From the NCBI RefSeq assembly GCF_963921235.1, contig NC_086104.1, positions 45,570,001-45,634,000 on the forward strand: a stretch of 64,000 nucleotides of DNA, written 5' to 3'. The translations under genes were made by a program, and so were the position numbers. Source of the DNA: Mobula hypostoma. Lineage: Eukaryota. The notes below the pieces were generated by a model, which worked only from the letters and a program-made list of their open reading frames with translations, searched no databases and was not told where the DNA came from. Positions within the stretch are counted from its first letter, which is position 1. Each line of letters begins with the position of its first letter. Positions 1 to 10,920 of the stretch are shown here, piece after piece.

Positions 1-3000
1 GGGTAGATTTTTTTATTAGTTCTTAGTTCTTTTTCTGGCCTTTTCTGGCTTAGTCTCGGAACTTTATGCATGGAGGGTGGGGGGGTTCTTTACTTTTACT
101 ATTAGTCTTTTCTATTGGGCTGATTCAGAACTACAAAGATATCTGTAGTGTCCTGACTTCCGGTTCCTCTCTGAATATTTGTTCCTCTTCCAATTTCATG
201 AGTTTACATTATGGTTAACTCTTTATATACCAAAGGGATGACTTTAAAATATGGCTCAGTTTATTAATTTTGTCTCTTGGAATACAAATGGTTTAAACCA
301 TCCAATTAAACGGAAAAAAGATTTTGAAAGTGTTCCAAAGACCGAATGCTCATATTAATTTTTCACAAGAAACTTATGTAAGGAAAGAGGATAATCAATG
401 TTTCTTTAGGTTTTGAGGGACAACAGTATCGCTCGAACTCTCAGGCCAAAGCCAAAGTGAAGGAGTTTCAATTTTTATAGATCCCTCAACTACATTTGTT
501 CATCAAAACATCGTTTCAGATCCGAGTGGTAGATTTTTGTTAATCTCTGGGTTACTTTTTAATAAAATATTTCCTACAGTCAATGTTAATGCTCGAAACC
601 TGGATTATCCTGAATTTTTTTAAGCATTTATTCACTTCTTTTCCTAATTTAAATGAGTATATGTTGATAATGGCTGATGAATTTAATTGTTGTTTAAATC
701 CCCTGACGGATAGATCCATATCTGGTCAGGCTTTACCGAATAAGTTGGCTACTCTTATCGACTCTTTTATGATTGACTCTAGAATTTCAGAAATTTGGAG
801 ATCTTTACACCCTAAGGATAAAGATTTTTCATTCTTCTCATATGTTTATCATTCTCATTCTCGAATTGACTACTTTTTATTGATTCTTGTTTAATTTCAT
901 CTGTAATTGACTGTAATTATGATATTATCGCCATTTCTGATCATGTCCCAATGAAACTTCCTAGCAAGTTAATGGATACTTCTCCTAGTATTAAACAATG
1001 GCGATTTAATTCTAATCTGCTTCAAGACCCGGATTTTGTTAAGTTTATGAAGGAACAGACCGATCTCTTCTTTTCAACTAATATTATGGAAGAAATCTCC
1101 AACGGGATAGTATGGGACACTTTTAAAGCATATATCTGTGGACAGATTATTTCTTATTCTGTTGGTTTGAAAAAACGTATTAAGAATGAAACACTTCTGT
1201 TGGTTGATAAAATTAAAGAAATTGATAGGAAATATTCTATTGCTCCTAGTAAGGAGCTTTATAAACAGAGTGTCAAACTTCAAATGGAACATAGCTTACT
1301 ATTAACATCCTCGATTGAAAATCAATTAATGAAAACTAGAAGTGAGTTTTATATACATAGTGACAAATCGGGTAAATCATTGGCTAATCAATTGAAAACT
1401 GCTTTGGTTAAACGTCAAATAATCAAGATGTGCAAACATGACACCTTGACTAGTAATCATGACGAGATAAACAAATCTTTTCAAGAATTTTATACTTCCT
1501 TGTACCATTCTGAATGTCCTCACGATACAAACACCATGCATGACTTTTTAAGGAAATTGAATTTTCCGAAATTATCACCCAAGAATGTTTAACGTTAGAA
1601 ACTCCTATTACAGATGAAGAAATAACAGCTGTTATTTCCTCAATGAATTCTGGCAAAGCACCTGGTCCAGATGGTTTTACAGTGGAATTCTTTAAGTTTT
1701 TTTCTTCTATTCTTTCTCCTTGGTTGTCTAGAGTTTTTAAAGAAGCAACCAGATTAGGTAAATTACCACAATTATTTTATAGAGCTTCTATTTCTTTAAT
1801 TCTTAGAAAGAATAAAGATCATACTGATTCTGCATCATAAAGACCGATATCTCTCCTGAATGTAGATTCTAAGATTTTTTCTAAAGTATTAGCAACTAGG
1901 TTAGAGAAGGTATTACCTCAAATTATCTCTGTGGACCAAACTGGATTTATTAAAAATTGATATTCATCTTTTAATATTAGGAGGTTAATGAATATTGTTT
2001 ATACTCCTTCACTTAGTATTCCAGAATGTGTTATTTCATTAGATGCTGAGAAAGCTTTTGACAGAGTTGAATGGCCATATTTATTTAGTGTGCTTGAGAA
2101 ATTTAATTTTAGTCGGATATTTATATCTTGGATTAAATTGATATATCATACCCCTGTAGCTTTGGTTTTTACTAACAATCAAAGATCTCCCTTTTTTCGC
2201 TTATCTCGGGGTATTAAGCAGGGATGTCCTCTTAGTCCATTATTATTTGATATTGCCCTTGAACCTTTAGTAATTGCTATCCGAGACTCGCCTAACATTC
2301 TTGGTATTACCCGTGGGAATGAAATACATAAGTTATCATTATATGCAGACGATTTGTTATTATATTTTTCTAATCCTGAGAAATCCATTCCTGCTGTTTT
2401 ATGCTTGTTGGCTCAGTTTAGTAATTTTTCTGGTTATAAATTGAACCTTAATAAGAGTGAACTATTTCCCCTAAATATGCAGGTTCCAATTTATGGATGT
2501 TTACCATTTAAATTGATTATTGACTTTTTCTTACATATTTAGGGGTTAAAGTTACCAAAAAAAGCATAAGGATTTATTTAAGGCTAATTTTTTTACCTTT
2601 AATTGATCAGATTAAACTTCTGTTTACTAAATGGTCACCAATATCTCTGTCATTGATAGGTCAGATCAATGCTGTCAAGATGATTATTTTACCTAATTTT
2701 TTATATTTATTTCAATTTGCCAATTTTTATTCTGAAATCCTTTTTTGACAATGTCGATTCCAAAATTTCTTCATATATATGGCAGAATAAAAATCCTAGG
2801 TTAGGTAAAAGATACTTACAGTAATCTAAAACAGAAGGGGATTTGGGATTGCTGAATTTTAGATTTTACTATTTGGCAATTAATATTCAATATTTAAAGT
2901 TTTGGTCATGGGACTTGGACATAACTTCAAGTCTACATTAGGTAAATCTTGAATGTAAATCTTTACAAGGGTTTTCATTGGGTTCTATTTTAGGGACTTC

Positions 3001-4413
3001 GTTTCCCTTTACTCTTTCTAAATTGTATAAACAAATGGATAATCCAATAGTAAAATATACTTCACGAATATGGTTTCAATTTCAAAAATTTTTTGGGTTG
3101 AATCAATTTATTATAGCAAGTCCTATTATATCTAATTTTTTCTTTCAACCCTTTATTATGGATCAAGCCTATCTGGCTTGGAAAACTAAAGATATATTAT
3201 GATTTTGTGATCTATTTGTGGATAATTGTTTCACATACTTTGAACAATTATCTAATAAATATAACTTGCCTAGGTCCCATTTTTTTTAGATATCTACAGA
3301 TTAGAAACCTTTTAAATACTGTTCTTCCTACCTTCCGGAATTTATATTCAACGGATACTTTGGAAAAAATTTTAGATTTAAATTCTTTTCAGAAAGGTGG
3401 AATAGCAACTATTTATAATATAATTATGAAAATACGTCCAGATGTATCTAATAAAGTTAAGATTGATTGGGAAAGGGAACTTAAGATTACCTTACCTGTT
3501 GAAAAATGGGGAAAAAAAATTCTTCAATTAGTTAACTCATCCTCTATATGTGCTGACCAGACGTAGATACAGTTTATACTCGTGCATAGCGCTCATATGT
3601 CTAAGGATATATTAGCTCGTTATTGCTCTCATATAAATCCTGTATGTGATAGATGTCACTCTGAGATAGCTTCTTTAACTCATATGTTTTGGTCATTTCC
3701 TTTTTTGAAAAAATACTGGAAAGATAATTTTTGATATTATTTCAACTGTTCTGAATATTGATTTACAACCTCACCCTATTACCACAATTTTTGGGTTACC
3801 AATGATAGAACCAAGTCATTTAACCTCTTCAGCTCGTTAGATGATTGCATTTCTTACATTAATGGCTAGAAGATCCATTTTGCAGAATTGGAAAGAGATC
3901 AATCCTCCCATCACATTTCATCAGTTCTCTCAAACTATGTTGTGTTTAAACTTAGAAAAAAATTAGAAGTTTTATTTATGATCCCTCTATTAAATTTGAA
4001 AAGACTTGGAGACCATTTATTCAATACTTCCATATGATATAATTTGATCTTTTCCAAACCTATTCTATTTCTTTTTAATATATGTCGAGAGGAGCGGAGT
4101 CAACGTCTCTAATGGTTCCTTTTTTTTGATGTTACATAACAGTCCATGTCTTTTTCTTTCTTTAGTTTGGTTGGTTAGCATTGTTTAGATTAGTTTTTCT
4201 TTTGGGGTATATATATTTTTTTCCTTTTTCATGTTTTTTTATATATTATATTTGTATCCTGTACGATTGGGAGGTTTAATACCTGCGTGTCAATTGGGTT
4301 TATATTTAAATATGTTAATTATAACAATGTAATCCCAATAACTGTATCAATACTATGTTATGTTTATCATTATGAAACTACAAATGTATGTAATAAAAAG
4401 ATTGAAAAAGAAA
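1..4413 (+). mobile_element. L1-clade non-LTR retrotransposon (inter-ORF region, ORF2, 3' UTR, A-rich tail), decayed; 5' part lies outside the window
   Basis: ORF2 remnants run in order: APE endonuclease (SWNTNGLN, SRIDYFL), RT (KAPGPDGF, SLDAEKAFDRVEW, QGCPLSPLLF, LYADD) and C-terminal CDRC..H zinc knuckle near 3645. T-rich 3' UTR, AATAAA at 4392-4397 and A-rich tail to 4413. Confidence 0.93.
251..4042 (+). pseudogene. L1 ORF2 (EN-RT-CCHC) pseudogene with many stops and frameshifts
   Basis: ATG at 251 (MAQFINFVSWNTNGLNHPIKR) to TAA at 4040-4042; ORF-track pieces 583-894, 951-1592, 1643-1840, 1988-2542, 2978-3566 are colinear fragments. Confidence 0.9.
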
Positions 4414-4937
4414 TTTCTGGTTGCCTCACTACAGGAAGGATGTGGAAACCATAGAAAAGGTGCAGAGGAGATTTACAAGGATGTTGCCTGGATTGGGGAG
4501 CATGCCTTATGAGAAAAGGCTGAGTGAACTCTGCCTTTTTTCCTTGGAGTGATGGAGGATAAGAGGTGACCTGATAGAGGCGCGTAAGATGATGAGAAGC
4601 ATTGATCGTGTGGATAGTCAGAGGCTTTTTCCCAGGGCTGAAATGGTTAACATGAGAGGGCACAGTTTTAAGGTCTTTGAAAATAGATACAGAGGAGATG
4701 TTGGGGTAAGTTTTTTATGCAGAGAGTGGTGAGTGCGTGGAATGGGCTGCCGGCGATGGTAGTGGAGGCAGACACGATAGGATCTTTTAAGAGATCCCTG
4801 GATAGGTACATGGAGCTTAGAAAAATAGTGGGCTATGTGTAACCGTAAGTAATTTCTAAAGTAAGTACATGTTCGGCACAGTATTGTGGGCTGAAGGGCC
4901 TGTATTGTACTGTTGGTTTCCATGTTTCTATGTTCTA
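4414..4937 (+). mobile_element. CR1 LINE 3' fragment, abutting or interrupted by the L1
   Basis: Encodes decayed CR1 ORF2 C-terminus (EKVQRRFTRMLPGL, RGHSFKV) and ends in tttccatgtttctatgttcta; similar to the minus-strand copy at 42545-44000. Confidence 0.88.
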
Positions 4938-5049
4938 ACCAGGTTGTGCTGCAATCTGTCTAAGTGCTCTCCAGTGCTGCATCACTGCCTGTTATGGGAA
5001 CTGTACAGCACAGCGCATCTGTAGATGTGAATTTCACACTATTCAGGAC

Positions 5050-5821
5050 ACTTACAGAGGCAGGTTTGTAAAAAGGGCACGAAGGATCATTGGGGACCTG
5101 AGTCACCCCAACCACAAACTGTCCCAGCTGCTACCATCCAGAAAACAATACCGCAGCATAAAATCTAGAACCAACAGGCTCCGGGACAGCTTCTTCCACC
5201 AGGCCATCAGACTGATTAATTCACACTGGTACTCTACTTTATATTTTATACTTTATTGTCACCAAACAATTGATACTAGAACGTACAATCATCACAGCGA
5301 TATTTGATTCTGCGCTTCGCGTTCCCTGGAGAACAAATTGATAGTAAATATTAAAAATTTAAATTATAAATCATAAATAGAAAATAGAAAATAGAAAAAT
5401 GGAAAGTAAGGTAGTACAAAAAAACCGAGATGCAGGTCCAGATATTTGGAGGGTATGGCCCAGATCTGGATCAGGATCCGTTCAGCAGTCTTATCACAGT
5501 TGGAAAGAACTGACCGTACAAGTCTTCAAGCTCCTGAGCCTTCTCCCAGAGGGAAGAGGGACGAAAAGTGTGTTGGCTGGGTGGGTCGTGTCTTTGATTA
5601 TCCTGGCAGCACTGCTCTGACAGCGTGCTGTGTAAAGTGAGTCCAAGGATGGAAGATTGGTTTGTGTTTCTATGTTATATTGACTGTCCTTTTGTTCATA
5701 CTATTTATTACAAATTACTATTAATTGCACATTGCACATTTAGATGGAGACATAATGTAATGAGGATTTTTACTCCTCATGTATGTGAAGGATGGGAGTA
5801 ATAAAGTCAATTCAATTCAAT
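5050..5821 (+). mobile_element. Rex1/Babar-like LINE 3' end, split by an insertion at 5233-5664
   Basis: RTNRLRDSFFHQAIRL-like coding end; tail aataaagtcaattcaattcaat. The uninterrupted paralog at 45925-46258 (minus) joins both flanks. Confidence 0.75.
5233..5664 (-). mobile_element. LINE 3' end (Rex1/L2-like, AAGTAT-type tail), nested insertion
   Basis: Nearly identical to 54983-55346; the minus strand ends in aataaagtat repeats. Confidence 0.75.
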
Positions 5822-6036
5822 GTACATCTATCAGTGACATACCAAATCTTCTCATGCTCTTGTTGAATCACGTATGTGCCTTTTTTGTGATTGCATTATT
5901 GTGTTGGGTCCTTGACAGATCCTTGACCAATTTTGTACACAGGAACTAAAGCTGTGATCCTCAGTCTCTGCCTGGTTTTGAGGGGATCCATTTTTCTTCA
6001 ATGACAATTGGACACATTGCAGCCAATATGAACAGA

Positions 6037-6259
6037 AGAAGAAGAAAGAAGAAAGCCCTTAACTCCGAGTGGAGTCATCAGGACGCTGTCATGACGGCAT
6101 TTTTTTAAGCAGGCTTTTTTATTTTTAAGAGGCTGAGTTGCTAGCTCGATGCTCAACCCAGCCTAGATGGAAAGCATGCAAGGGAGCCGGCTGGATTCGA
6201 ACTCAGGAACGTTCGCTCCAATGTCTGGCGCTGATGCCACTACGCCACCAGCCGGCTAC
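6037..6259 (-). mobile_element. tRNA-derived SINE with (TTC)n tail
   Basis: Minus strand has A box TGGCGTAGTGG and B box GTTCGAATCC; 10-bp TSD tatgaacaga at 6027-6036 and 6260-6269. Confidence 0.9.
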
Positions 6260-7760
6260 TATGAACAGAGCTTCTACATTATTACTGTAGACCTGTATCC
6301 ACATTTCTTGTTCTATATTCAAGTATCTTACTAGGTTTGTATAGTTACCTCACCACTGTCTAGACCGGGAGCAATGAGTTAACTCAACTCAGTCAATTCA
6401 TGTTGCATATTGTTTTGCTCAATATTCAATACTTTGCATTTCTATGTAATAATTTTCATTTGCCATATGTCTATTTGCATAATTGATTCAAATCTTCTGC
6501 AAAGTCCTAGATGCATTTGCAAATTTGACAATCGTGCAGTCAGTTTTTAGCATTTACGTTATGTAAAAGTCAACAAAGGTATTAGCACTGACCCAATATT
6601 ACCTGCCTGGCACTGACAGGAAACAATCTGCTTCCTGTGCTGATTTTAGCTCTTCTACAGTAGCATTTATTTTAATTTCAGAATTTACATCATGTTGCCT
6701 TAATCTATTCCCATTATGAATTTTGAATGGGAAAAATTATAATTCTTTTAAGTTTTGTCTTTGCTTTTCTGCTGAAAATCCCACATTTTTGCTCCAGGAA
6801 TGGAGAATCCAGAATTCAGCGTAAAAAAATGGGGACAATTTTAAACCCTGTGAATGAATGGGTTTGCAGCAGGTATTAAATCTGAAAACAGCTGAACTGT
6901 GTGTATAAAACAAAATGTAAACCAATCAACATCCGTGCTTGTCCTTATTATGTTAGACAGTGAAAATAATTTCTAGTCAAAGAGAAAATGGAAATTTAAA
7001 GAGAAACAAAAGACTGGAGCCTAAAATAAACTCTGGAAGAACCTAGTTAAACATCATCTGTGGAGGTAAAACAGTCGTGTAAGTATTTTGGGTTGAGCTC
7101 CTGCATTCAAAACTTTAAATATGCTAGTCAGTCTTTTAATGTGATTTAACTGAGTTTTTGAACCTAACCGAGGTCCCAGAGGTTCTATTAATTTCATTTA
7201 TTTGGGGAGAGACAGAGTGACATTGGATATAGGGCTGATAAACTGACAATAGCATGATGCACACTATTGTTCCACAGCTTCTCTCTTGAATGTGTCAAAT
7301 GCTACTTTTCACAGGTGTTGTTATTTCCATCGTAAATCTTGGACTGTTTTGTGAGAATTAAATGCTATTTTTAGGTAGTATTCTCATAATTCTGGGTGTG
7401 CCTACTTGCATACTTCAACTAGCTGATCTCTGCAAGACTTGATTTCTCTGTGTGTGTATAAGATACCTGGATAGATGTCATGATTCCTTTATTGTGAAGC
7501 ACTTCCCACTCTGATCTTTTGAATTGTCCCAAGTGGATCCATAGCCCATTGTGGGGCACCTCAACACCTGTGCCCCCCACCTCGCCTCCCCAGTGAATGG
7601 ACAGTAATCCTAGTATTTTTTTTTCCAGAGCAGGCTCTTTACTGGCTGATTTAAATTAAAATAATTAACAACTAAAGAAAATATAAGCTGAAAACAAAAT
7701 AAAATTAATGGTCAACCATATATTACTCAGCATATAATTTTAGTGAAGGCTAGGAGCACA

Positions 7761-8165
7761 TACACTCAGTGGCCACTTCGAAGTGTTATGCTTTCAGAGA
7801 TGCTTTTCTGCACCCCAGAGCTGTAATGTTACTGTTGCCTTCCTATCAGCTTGAATCAATCTGAACATTCTCCTCTGATCTCTCTCATTACCAAGCCATT
7901 TTTGCTGACAGAACTGCCACTCACTGGATGTTTTTTTCTTGCATAATTCTCTGTGAACTCTAGAGACTGTTGTGCAGGAAAATACTAGATCAGCAGTTCC
8001 TTAGACACTCAATCCACTCAGTCTAGCACCAACAGTCATTCCATTGTCAAAGTCACTTAGATCACATTTCTTCCCCATTCTGATGTTTGCTCTGAATATC
8101 AACTGACCATGTCTGCATGCTCTTATGCATTGAATTACTGCCACATGATTGGCTGATTAGATACT
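7761..8165. mobile_element. Tc1/mariner-like non-autonomous remnant (one end only)
   Basis: Begins TA+cactcagtggccactt, resembling a Tc1-type TIR; the other end is not found and is cut by the LINE at 8166. Confidence 0.4.
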
Positions 8166-9650
8166 TCAAAGTTCAAAGTAAATTTATTATCAAAGTACAT
8201 GCAGTATATGTTACAATATACAATCCCAACATTTGTTTTCTTACTGGCATACATGGTATATTCAAGAAACACAACAGAATCAATGAAAGATTGCACCCGA
8301 CAGGTGGACCAACATCGAATATGTAAAAGACAACGAACTGTACAAAAAAGAGAAATTAAAATAAAACAATAATAACTAAATAAACAATAGATATCGAGAA
8401 CATGAGCTGAAGAGTCCTTGAAATAGGGTCCATTGTTTGTGGGATTATTTCAATGATGGAGCAAGTGAAGTTATCCCCTTTGATTCAAGAGCTTAAAGAT
8501 TGAGGGATAATAACTGTTCCTAAACCTGGCAGTGTAAGTCCTGGGATTCCTGTACTACCTTCCTGATGGCAGCAGCGAGAAGAGAGCATGACCTGGGTGG
8601 TAGGGGTCCTTGATAATGGATGTCACTTTCCTGCGACAATGTTCTGTGTAGATGTGCTCAGCTGTGGGGTGGGCTTTACCTGTGATGGACTGGGTATATC
8701 CACTACTCTTCGTAGGATTTTCTGTTCAAGGCCATTGGTGTTTCCATTCCAAGATGTGATGCAACCAGACAATATACTTTCCACCGTACATCTATAGAAG
8801 TTTGTCAATGTTTTAGATGTCTTCACACAATCTGAAAGAAGTAGAGGGACTGATGTGCTTTCTTTGGAATTGAACTGAAGTGCTAGGCCTAGGGCAGCTC
8901 CTCTGATATGATAACACCGAGGAATTTGCAGTATAACAGCGGTCTAGTGTGTTGGGCCCTCTGGTGTTACAGGTTATACGCTGATTGTAATTGGACAGAG
9001 ATCTCTTCAAACAAGCCTTGCTGAAGTTCCCAACTATGATTTGAAATGTGTCAGGGTGGACTGTTTCTTGTTTGGTGATGGCAGCATGCAGTTTCTCAAG
9101 TGCCTGATTACATTTTGCTAATGATGGTGTGTAAACTGTGGTCAAGATCAAGGAAGAGAACTCTTTTGGTAAATGGAATGGTTGGCACTTGACCATTAGA
9201 TGTTCCAGGTTGAGGGAACATGAATATAACAAAACTGCCACATCAGAGGACCACTGAGAGTTTATCATAGAACACATACCCCCACCTTTTGCCCAATCTG
9301 ATTCAGCAGTTCAGTCCATCCTGTGTATTGAGAAGTCTTTGGGTGTGATTGACGTATCTGGCGTGCTGGGAGTAACCATGTCTCAGTAAAACACAGAGCA
9401 ATGCAATTTCTTATTTTTCCCCCGATAGAGTAATCTTGCTCTCAGATCCTTAATATTGTTCTCCAGCGATAACATATTTGCTAACAAGATGCTGGGTAGA
9501 GGGGGTCTTTTTCCTTTGCGTTTCATCCTGGCTTGGAGTGCACTCTCCTTGCCTTGTTTCCGGTCATGGCAATGAGCCTTCATCCACTTAACTGCTTGCA
9601 TGAGAGTGAAGTCCACTGAATCCTGCAGGAGATCATGAAATCTGTCATTC
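8166..9650 (-). mobile_element. Rex1/Babar-like LINE, internally deleted (endonuclease joined to post-RT region)
   Basis: Minus-strand peptides LPSILLANMLSLENNIKDLRARL and TRGPNTLDRCYT (EN) are followed directly by KFLGVIISE and LTNFYRCTVESILSGCITSWNGN; tail (ttgaac)-type at 8166-8180. Confidence 0.82.
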
Positions 9651-9693
9651 ATTAGGTTAAAAAGGATCTAGAGCTTTCCTGTTGAATATGACA

Positions 9694-9854
9694 AATAAAA
9701 TCTTCTTGGGTTTCCAGGTGGGTACAGGTATTGATTATAACTGGCATTTGAATAACAAACTCTGGCATCCCTGAAGAAGATGGCAGAGTTTGTCACTGGA
9801 GCATTGATTATAATCGATAACTGTACCTGGCTCAAAGCCTGAGAAGAGTTCATT
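9694..9854. mobile_element. Fold-back remnant of a second PLE-like family with a degenerate hammerhead core
   Basis: Imperfect ~75-bp inverted arms around CTGAAGA at 9771-9777 (acaaactctggcatc / gatggcagagtttgt; aataaaatcttct / agaagagttcatt). Confidence 0.55.
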
Positions 9855-10549
9855 CATTCACTAGGTCAGTTCAAAATTGCATTGTTTATAGGGAAATTTA
9901 CATGCTGCAGAATGCAGTGAGGGAAATTCAAAAGAGGTATATTTAGAAGTTTTGTAGGAAGCCCACAGAACATCGTCATGGTTCACCAACGTCAACTTAT
10001 TTCATTGTCAAAGAACTAGAAATTTGCTTGCTTTGTGCAAAGTTTTAGTGTTGAGTGAAGGACTTTAAATAAAAGTTCTAATGATAAGCTCATAGAAGTT
10101 TTTTTACAATTATTTTACATTAAATCCTATTCAAAACATCTTGAAACATCTTCATATTTAATATAATTTTGAATTATACGACCACTGATAGACATGAAAC
10201 TAGTTTGTGAAGAAGATTACCCCAAGATGACTGAAATGGCAAATTTCAAATACTACAATTACATTCATGATATCGAGCTGAATGATACCATTTTCTTTCA
10301 ATTTGCCACATGGAAAGAATGTCTTTTAAAAATAAAACTCCACTCCCTCTTTGCTAAACCACAGACAAGACACTTCATGAGTTGATGAACTAGCATGATG
10401 AACAGAAAAAGTGATAAGAAAACTAACAAATAGTGAAAGGTTCTTTCACACCCCATTTATTTAATAATTTTAAAAGAATAACAATTGATGTATTTAGAAG
10501 AATTAGAATATTTATTTTTTAATACAAAGCTGTCTAACCTTAATTGTTC

Positions 10550-10920
10550 GTTCATTATGTGTCATGTCTTACGACATAGGCTATCATGGTCTTTCCATGA
10601 CCATGATTGTTCTTGGCAAATTTTTCTACTGAAGTGCTTTGCCATTGTCATCTTCAGTGCAGTGTTTTTACAAGACACCCATTATCAATATCCTTCAGAG
10701 ATTGTCTGCCTGGCATCAGTGGCCACAAAACCAGGACTTGTGATATGCACCATCTGCTCATACGACCATGCACCACCTGCTCCTATGGCTTCACATGGTA
10801 TTGATTGGGGATGGGGAAGGGCTAAGCAGGTGCTTGACTTTGCCCAAGAGTGACCTGCAGGCGAGCCAGAGAAGGAGAACCTTATACCACCTTTGGTAGA
10901 GACATATCTCCACCCTGTCA
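10550..10920 (-). mobile_element. Probable RTE-derived short non-autonomous element
   Basis: Contains gaagtgctttgccattgtcatcttc, resembling the RTE/Bov-B-type 3' motif; non-coding. Confidence 0.4.

Noticed and set aside
6150-6259. tRNA gene
   Set aside because: A and B boxes belong to a SINE head with a body, tail and TSD; there is no full cloverleaf with terminator.
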